Source: Candidatus Thorarchaeota archaeon
GTDB taxonomy: Archaea; Asgardarchaeota; Thorarchaeia; Thorarchaeales; Thorarchaeaceae
Length of the DNA stretch: 64,000 nucleotides
Assembly: GCA_048884965.1 (NCBI GenBank)
Contig: JBHLQH010000013.1
Coordinates: 27,429-91,428, forward strand
Reading direction: 5' to 3'
The translations under genes were made by a program, and so were the position numbers. Under the pieces are notes generated by a model. The model did no database searches. It was not told the origin of the DNA and worked only from the letters and a program-made list of their open reading frames with translations. Below are positions 58,129 through 64,000 of this stretch, piece after piece (the first letter of the stretch is position 1; the number at the start of each line of letters is the position of its first letter).

Positions 58129-59758
58129 TGAAATCGAACGAATCGATTGCCATCATAACAGCACGGAATGCATAGATTCTGAAGGTATAGGTAACGATTG
58201 CCTCATCAACTTTCTCGAACTCTGATCTAAGGAGAGCAAGTCCATCCTCTCCAAATGATGAAAGGATCGATGGAAGTGAGCTGATGACGATTTGAGTGAC
58301 TCCATTTCCACTTGCAATGGCAATATCGTTCACCAAGATGGAGATATCTTCGTATACAGGATCTGCGAGTATCGAGCTACCAGAATTATTGCCTGCAACC
58401 CCCAATCTAATTGAGTCTGTTTCTGAAGATAGAGAGTATGTATAACTCAAATATTCTCCAACATCACCTTCCATGACCTCTGAATACTGAGTTCGACTAC
58501 AAGATACTTCAAGGTTCAAAGTATTTGCTTGAAGGATTTCGGTAGAGAATCCGTTGAACCTAGCAACAACAGAATCGTTGTCAATGATATCATCAATTGC
58601 AAATCCATCCACAATAAAGCCTGTTTCAAAACCCAATATCTCTGAAACCAGAGTGAGTGATTCGTAGCTTTCCATGAGACTTAGCGTTGCTATCGCATCA
58701 GTTTCATTCCGTATGTATTCACTGAATCTTGGCAGATCTACAGAACGAACATGCGTCATCATAGACTGCCATGCTTTTTCAGAGAGTGTCATATCGAAGT
58801 ATACAGGAATAGAAGACGTATTCATACCATATGTTGCTGTGAGATTCGAAATGTCTTGAAGCACATTTCGATACTGACTTTCCATTACATCAAATACCAT
58901 AGTGTGGGTGAAACCAGCTTCTTCTATCCATGTTTCTATTTTATCTCGATCCGAAGTAATCGTAAGTCGGAAGGGGACTGAGTTTGAATCTAAAACAAGC
59001 ATCCACGTTTCGAGAGCTCCTAACTTGGATGTATCATTAGATGGGTATCGTATATCAATCCCAATATTGGCAGCAAGAAGTTTGTCTATAAGATCACTAT
59101 TGGGAAGGATAGCTTGATACCCCGTTCCAAAATCGGACAAAGGCATTTCCACAAATAGTGGAACAGAATGATCCGCTTCAACTACAGCAATAGGTGTTTG
59201 CCCCATGACAACAACAGAAACCGGCATCATTAGTCCAAGAACATTCATTAGCAAGAACCATGCAAGTCCTTTTTTCCCGATAGACCGGATTGGTTGAGTA
59301 GGTCGAAATCGTCCCATCACAAAGATGAACACACACGAAATGATGTTTACAACTACGAGAATGACAAATCCCCGTACAAGGTTGGAAATCAATCCGAAGA
59401 TAATAGCGGAAACTGCAAGGATTAGCATACTAAGAAACGCGGATCGAGAGCGATAAAGATCAAAGAGTATCTTTGGCAGGATTATCATGAGTGGTAGGAT
59501 GTAGAATGCCAGAGGCAACGAGTCCAACAGAGGAACATTGCTTAGAAGGTTCCTCGCAGTTATCGATAGGAGTGCATAGACGATCAACAAGATATTCACA
59601 GCTAGAACGGAATTCGAAAAGATGTGCAGACTTCTATCAACAGTCTTGTTCGAATTGATCGTTGACCTGAGATGCCTTCTTGATTTGATGAATCGGGATG
59701 GAATACTTTTGAATATGGCAAGGATTGGGTTGCCGGTGAAATCAATCGAAGAAGACAT
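58118..59758 (-). CDS. Membrane protein with N-terminal TMs and an acidic extracytoplasmic domain
   Basis: About 5 TMs followed by about 350 aa of soluble sequence. Confidence 0.7.
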   Translation of the reverse strand: MSSSIDFTGNPILAIFKSIPSRFIKSRRHLRSTINSNKTVDRSLHIFSNSVLAVNILLIVYALLSITARNLLSNVPLLDSLPLAFYILPLMIILPKILFDLYRSRSAFLSMLILAVSAIIFGLISNLVRGFVILVVVNIISCVFIFVMGRFRPTQPIRSIGKKGLAWFLLMNVLGLMMPVSVVVMGQTPIAVVEADHSVPLFVEMPLSDFGTGYQAILPNSDLIDKLLAANIGIDIRYPSNDTSKLGALETWMLVLDSNSVPFRLTITSDRDKIETWIEEAGFTHTMVFDVMESQYRNVLQDISNLTATYGMNTSSIPVYFDMTLSEKAWQSMMTHVRSVDLPRFSEYIRNETDAIATLSLMESYESLTLVSEILGFETGFIVDGFAIDDIIDNDSVVARFNGFSTEILQANTLNLEVSCSRTQYSEVMEGDVGEYLSYTYSLSSETDSIRLGVAGNNSGSSILADPVYEDISILVNDIAIASGNGVTQIVISSLPSILSSFGEDGLALLRSEFEKVDEAIVTYTFRIYAFRAVMMAIDSFDFIML

Positions 59759-59858
59759 GACAAACCTACTTCACTTTTAGTTTATACATGTGATGGTGTT
59801 GTCCATGCATGACCTAAGACTATTAAGCCAAATTTATTACTCGAGTTTTGACTGACGA

Positions 59859-61046
59859 ATGTATGATGTAGTTGTTGTCGGAGCGGGACCCGGAGGGTCG
59901 ACAGCTGCAAGGTATCTTGCAAAGCTTGGGCTATCAGTAGCTCTGATTGATAAGGATCAATTCCCTCGTGACAAGGCTTGTGGCGGAGGTTTTGCGTTTG
60001 GAATTATCAATGATTTTCCGTACCTGAGGAAGAAGGCTCAGAGTTTCCTATCGGGAGTCTGTGAGATAGGAGTTTTGCACTCACCAAATAGACGAATCGT
60101 ACTCAAGGGTAAGGTGAATATGGCAACAGCATTGAGATATGATTTTGATAAAGCACTATTTGATGCCGCTGTCGAGGAAGGAGCAGAGCCAGTTCTCTCT
60201 ACACGAATCAAATCGATTTGCGTGAAAGATGACATTGTATCTCTGGGGACTTCAAAGGATGGCATCATACAAGGAAAGGCTGTAATAGGTGCAGATGGAG
60301 TGGGGAGCATTGTTGCGAGGAGTCTGAATCTCCATAGGCGTTGGCCAAGCAATAGAATAACAGCATGTCGGGTAGCAGAAGTGCCCGAGAACTCCGAGTT
60401 TATTTCTCAAACCTTTGGGAAGGAATATCATTTCTTTGCCAATGTAGGAGGTTTGCCAGGATATGGCTGGATATTTCCCAAGAAGAATACAATCAACATA
60501 GGACTTGGTATTGTTGGCAGTCATGCACAGGGATTGCCTAGATACTTCAATCGATTCGTGCAGATGCTCAAGACCAAGAATCTCCTGAGAGAGAATGCAG
60601 ACTTGAGTAGCGCAAAGGGAGCACTAGTTCCAACAGGGGGAACGATAGCGAAGACCTTTGGCACAAGGGCTCTATTAGTAGGTGACTCTGCAGGCATGGT
60701 GTCCCCTCTAACGGGAGGAGGGATTCACTATGCGATGAAAGCAGGAAGAATCGCAGCTTATGTACTTGCACAAGGAATTGATACCGATAGACTAGATGTT
60801 CAGCATCTCAGCATTTATCAAAAGCTATGGATGAATGATTTTGGGAGAGAGATCAACCCAATGCTAATGGCACAGAGGATCTTTACCGGTCCCTTTACGG
60901 ACCTTCTTTTCGAAATAGCCCAAAGAGACGAGTCCCTACAAAGTGTGGTTTCCGAAGCAATGGCTGAATCGAGTCAAGGGATAGACGTCAAGGGGTTGCT
61001 TCTGAAGACACTGAAAGTGATTGGCAGAAGCGCGTTTCATCTCTAG
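59859..61046 (+). CDS. Geranylgeranyl reductase-family FAD oxidoreductase
   Basis: YDVVVVGAGPGG, FPRDKACGG, GADG, GYGWIFPK and VGDSAG.V.PLTGGGI motifs. Confidence 0.9.
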   Translation: MYDVVVVGAGPGGSTAARYLAKLGLSVALIDKDQFPRDKACGGGFAFGIINDFPYLRKKAQSFLSGVCEIGVLHSPNRRIVLKGKVNMATALRYDFDKALFDAAVEEGAEPVLSTRIKSICVKDDIVSLGTSKDGIIQGKAVIGADGVGSIVARSLNLHRRWPSNRITACRVAEVPENSEFISQTFGKEYHFFANVGGLPGYGWIFPKKNTINIGLGIVGSHAQGLPRYFNRFVQMLKTKNLLRENADLSSAKGALVPTGGTIAKTFGTRALLVGDSAGMVSPLTGGGIHYAMKAGRIAAYVLAQGIDTDRLDVQHLSIYQKLWMNDFGREINPMLMAQRIFTGPFTDLLFEIAQRDESLQSVVSEAMAESSQGIDVKGLLLKTLKVIGRSAFHL

Positions 61047-61143
61047 ATAGCAATCATGGGTCCATTTTGAACGTAAACAATAAATGCCTCCTTAGCTGTT
61101 GGGTGGTTATTATTGAACCGTATTTATTTCGGGAGAGATAAGA

Positions 61144-62814
61144 TTGGACAGACCATGGTTAAAGAACTACGTGGGGAATACCCCACCGGATATTAAACTC
61201 CCTGACGGCCCGCTCTATGGATATCTAGATAGAGCTGTCAAGGAGTTTCCTGATAATATCGCCCTCTATTACGAGGGTGTTGAGATGACGTATCAAGAGC
61301 TAGGTGAAGCTGTCGATAAGGCGGCTTATGGTTTCGCGAAGATGGGAGTAAAAAAGGGCGACAGTGTCGCAATCATGCTGCCAAATTGCCCACAATTTAT
61401 CATAGCATATTATGCGGCACTAAAATGTGGAGCGATTATAACACCTGTCAATCCATTGGCTATGCCAAAGGAATTGAGAATTTACCTCCAAGATACAGGG
61501 GCGAAGACGATTGTTGCTTTGAACTTCTTCTACAAGAATGTCATGGCGGTACGTGAAGAAACTAATCTTGAGAATGTAATTATAACTGCCGCATGGGATC
61601 CTATGAGCAAGATCAAGCAGATTCTTGCACCCAAGCTGAAGTACAAGAAAGAGATGAAGGAAGTTCCACCTCTCAAGGAAGGAGATAGGTCATGGAATGA
61701 GTGGATGGCATCTCTTGTTCCAGAACCTCCAATTGTAAGCATTGACCCAGCCAAGGATTTGGCTGTCTACCAGTTTACTGGCGGAACTACAGGAATTCCA
61801 AAGGCCGCTATGTTGACACATGACAACCTCAAAGCAAACTGCGAACAGTGTGCAGCTTGGATGGAATGGATGGCAGAACGTGGAAAAGAGAAATTCGTCG
61901 CAGCCCTCCCCATTCAGCACATCTTCGGGCAGACGGTTTCGATGAACCTAGCAGTGTCATGGGGTTGCGGAATCATTCTTATTCCAAATGCTCGAGATGT
62001 CAAGAATCTATTAACGAGAATAAATGATTTGAAGCCAACATTCTTTCCAATTGTGGCAACATTGGCGATTGCCATCTACAGCTATCCTGAGGTCAGTAAA
62101 TACGACATAACCTCTCTCAAGCTATCGATTGCAGGTGCTATGGCTCTTCCTGCAGAAGTCACTAAGAAGTTTGAGGCTGCAACGAACTCGATCATCATCG
62201 AAGGATATGGATTGTCAGAGGCAAGTCCTGTAACTCACGCCAATCCCCTTGATAAAGAAAAACGAAAGATTGGAGCTATAGGACTGCCGTTTCCAAGCAC
62301 ATATTGCAAGATAGTTGATCTTGATGATAGGAGTAAGAATCTCCCAATTGGAGAAGTTGGTGAGCTAGCTGTGAAAGGTCCGCAGGTGATGATGGGCTAT
62401 CACAACAGACCCGATGAGACTGCAGATGTCTTGAAAGATGGATGGCTATTCACAGGAGACATCGCGAAGATGGATGAGGAAGGGTGGACATACATCGTTG
62501 ACAGAAAGAAAGACCTGATCAATGCCTCTGGATACAAGGTCTGGCCAAATGAGGTCGAGGAAGTTCTCTTCGAACATCCTAAGATATTGGAGGCTGCGGT
62601 CATTGGCATTCCAGATGAAACTCGTGGAGAGACAGTCAAAGCCTTCGTCGTATTAGAATCTGGCCAAACCGCGACGGTGGATGAGATTCGAGCGTTCTGC
62701 AAAGAAAAGATGGCTGTGTATAAGGTACCAACAGACATCGAGTTCGTCGGAACGCTCCCTAAGTCACAGGTTGGAAAGGTCCTACGAAGAGAGCTTAGAC
62801 AGCTAGAAGAATAG
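61144..62814 (+). CDS. fadD: Long-chain fatty acid-CoA ligase
   Basis: FTGGTTGIPK, EGYGLSEASP, GELAVKGPQVM, TGDIA, DRKKD and LPKSQVGK motifs. Confidence 0.92.
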   Translation: MDRPWLKNYVGNTPPDIKLPDGPLYGYLDRAVKEFPDNIALYYEGVEMTYQELGEAVDKAAYGFAKMGVKKGDSVAIMLPNCPQFIIAYYAALKCGAIITPVNPLAMPKELRIYLQDTGAKTIVALNFFYKNVMAVREETNLENVIITAAWDPMSKIKQILAPKLKYKKEMKEVPPLKEGDRSWNEWMASLVPEPPIVSIDPAKDLAVYQFTGGTTGIPKAAMLTHDNLKANCEQCAAWMEWMAERGKEKFVAALPIQHIFGQTVSMNLAVSWGCGIILIPNARDVKNLLTRINDLKPTFFPIVATLAIAIYSYPEVSKYDITSLKLSIAGAMALPAEVTKKFEAATNSIIIEGYGLSEASPVTHANPLDKEKRKIGAIGLPFPSTYCKIVDLDDRSKNLPIGEVGELAVKGPQVMMGYHNRPDETADVLKDGWLFTGDIAKMDEEGWTYIVDRKKDLINASGYKVWPNEVEEVLFEHPKILEAAVIGIPDETRGETVKAFVVLESGQTATVDEIRAFCKEKMAVYKVPTDIEFVGTLPKSQVGKVLRRELRQLEE

Positions 62815-62823
62815 TACTACTTG

Positions 62824-62894
62824 GGAGACCTCAGCAAGGTCTCCTCTCTTCTTTCTCTAATAGATAGGATAGCTACGGTAGCAGTCCGTAGCTA
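62824..62894. terminator. Two hairpins between convergent fadD and the PRTase gene
   Basis: GGAGACCT-cagca-AGGTCTCC plus a pyrimidine tract (62824-62844); TAGCTACGG-tagcagt-CCGTAGCTA (62870-62894). Confidence 0.6.
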
Positions 62895-62905
62895 GTTAAT
62901 CAAGA

Positions 62906-63466
62906 TCAATCAACAGGTTGGAATACATCCACTTCGAGATTCTCAATCAATGAATGTATCTCTGGACGTCCTAGAAGCTTCCTTCTAGCATCAGTTAGAT
63001 TATTGATGACACACGCGACTCCGACAATTTGAGCTCCAAGCTTCTCGACGATCCTCTCAACAGCAAGAACTGAAGTCCCTTGGACGAGCCAATCATCAAC
63101 TATGGCAACTCTATCTCCTGCATCGATTGACTCAGCTACAAGTGCCAGTCGTCTATCCGCAAGGCGCTCTGTTGGAATGAACTCGACTGGTCTGCTGTAG
63201 TCATCTGGAAGATATGCAATAGACCGAGCGGGGATGATCCCACATCCTAAGTAATAGGCTATTGCGCTCCCAAGCGCAAGACCTCTTTGTTCAATACCAA
63301 TGACCTTATTCGGTTGTACATCAAGAAATGGCTTTGCTAACCGCACGACCGCTTCATGGAAAACAGTAGGATGTTCGAGTAGGCGACTGATGTCACACAC
63401 AGCTTTTCCGGACTCTGGCCAATCCCTAATTACCTCAACATAGTCTCTAAAATCAATCTCTTTCAT
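62906..63466 (-). CDS. Adenine phosphoribosyltransferase-like type I PRTase
   Basis: DWPESG...DIS.LL, GIEQRG and VAIVDDWLVQGTS (divergent PRPP loop); start taken at ATG 63466. Confidence 0.8.
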   Translation of the reverse strand: MKEIDFRDYVEVIRDWPESGKAVCDISRLLEHPTVFHEAVVRLAKPFLDVQPNKVIGIEQRGLALGSAIAYYLGCGIIPARSIAYLPDDYSRPVEFIPTERLADRRLALVAESIDAGDRVAIVDDWLVQGTSVLAVERIVEKLGAQIVGVACVINNLTDARRKLLGRPEIHSLIENLEVDVFQPVD

Positions 63467-63603
63467 TGTAGGCTCAACATTGATTCTGAAGAAGGTAGAC
63501 ATAATTCTTTCTGTCAACCAGTAGTCATTGCAGATGGGGAAGGAACAGTCACGAAACAGTTAAGACAGAGAGCAGTGTCCAATGTATAAAGCATCCATGG
63601 GGA

Positions 63604-64000
63604 ATGAAATCTCTGAGAGTACCGGGTACGACCATTGCCATTACGTTGCTCCCCGGATTTGTGGAAGTACGTGATAAAGGACTAGTTAAGAAGAAGATTC
63701 CAGTGAGAAATAGGTCCTTCGACGAAGTACTAGAAGATTTAGAGATTTTCTTCAATGCCCGTGGAAAGAAACTGCCTCCAGGAATTCTTGTTGACACACT
63801 GATAAAGATCGGTGTGCCAAGGGCAAAACGTATCATTACTCAAGCGACAGTGCAAGAACCTGAAGTGAAACAGGAGCCAGCAATTCCTACGCCACCTTTG
63901 GATTTGACACCAGAAGAGCCTGCAGTAGAAAGTCGAAAGTCAGTGATAGAAGAGAAAGAGATACACAAGGAAAGTATACCCCGCGCTGAGGAATCGCACC
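63604..64000 (+). CDS. Hypothetical protein, 3' truncated (MKSLRVPGTTIAITLLPGFVEVRDKG..., then a Pro/Glu-rich linker)
   Basis: Frame open from ATG 63604 to the window end; TATAAA about 20 nt upstream. Confidence 0.7.
   Translation, partial: MKSLRVPGTTIAITLLPGFVEVRDKGLVKKKIPVRNRSFDEVLEDLEIFFNARGKKLPPGILVDTLIKIGVPRAKRIITQATVQEPEVKQEPAIPTPPLDLTPEEPAVESRKSVIEEKEIHKESIPRAEESH

Noticed and set aside
63549-63836. 95-aa minus-strand ORF
   Set aside because: The plus-strand frame from 63604, open to the window end, is the more plausible gene.

Overview
Gene-dense archaeal chromosomal segment, most likely from an Asgard archaeon of the Thorarchaeia type. This is inferred from longin/roadblock-wHTH proteins, TPR/LRR/zinc-ribbon expansions, Mtd, Hdr-Mvh, a eukaryote-like SECIS and GGAG/GGTGA Shine-Dalgarno sites. 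No rRNA, tRNA, CRISPR or transposase was seen. Main contents: (i) a minus-strand operon hdrA(NfnB/GltD-fused)-hdrC-hdrB-hdrA'-mvhD-wHTH-mvhG-mvhA. It ends in a selenoprotein gene missing from the ORF track, vhuU (3483..3647, in-frame TGA at the Ni-ligand position), followed by a eukaryote-type SECIS that overlaps its own stop codon. The operon is preceded by a long structured leader and three TTACA-N3-TGTAA palindromes. (ii) Central metabolism: PEPCK, two AOR-family enzymes, an FrhB-like protein, Mtd, RibA, lipid enzymes and an APRT-like protein. (iii) Candidate eukaryotic-signature proteins: a tandem pair of NPRL2/GATOR1-like longin-wHTH paralogues translationally coupled to a MinD-type ATPase, a DENN/longin-zinc-ribbon protein, a C4HC3 finger protein and a gelsolin-like small protein. 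(iv) A rifampin-phosphotransferase-type dikinase operon, an apparently catalytically altered glycogen debranching enzyme, and two large surface glycoproteins. All family calls come from motif recognition by eye; no searches were run.
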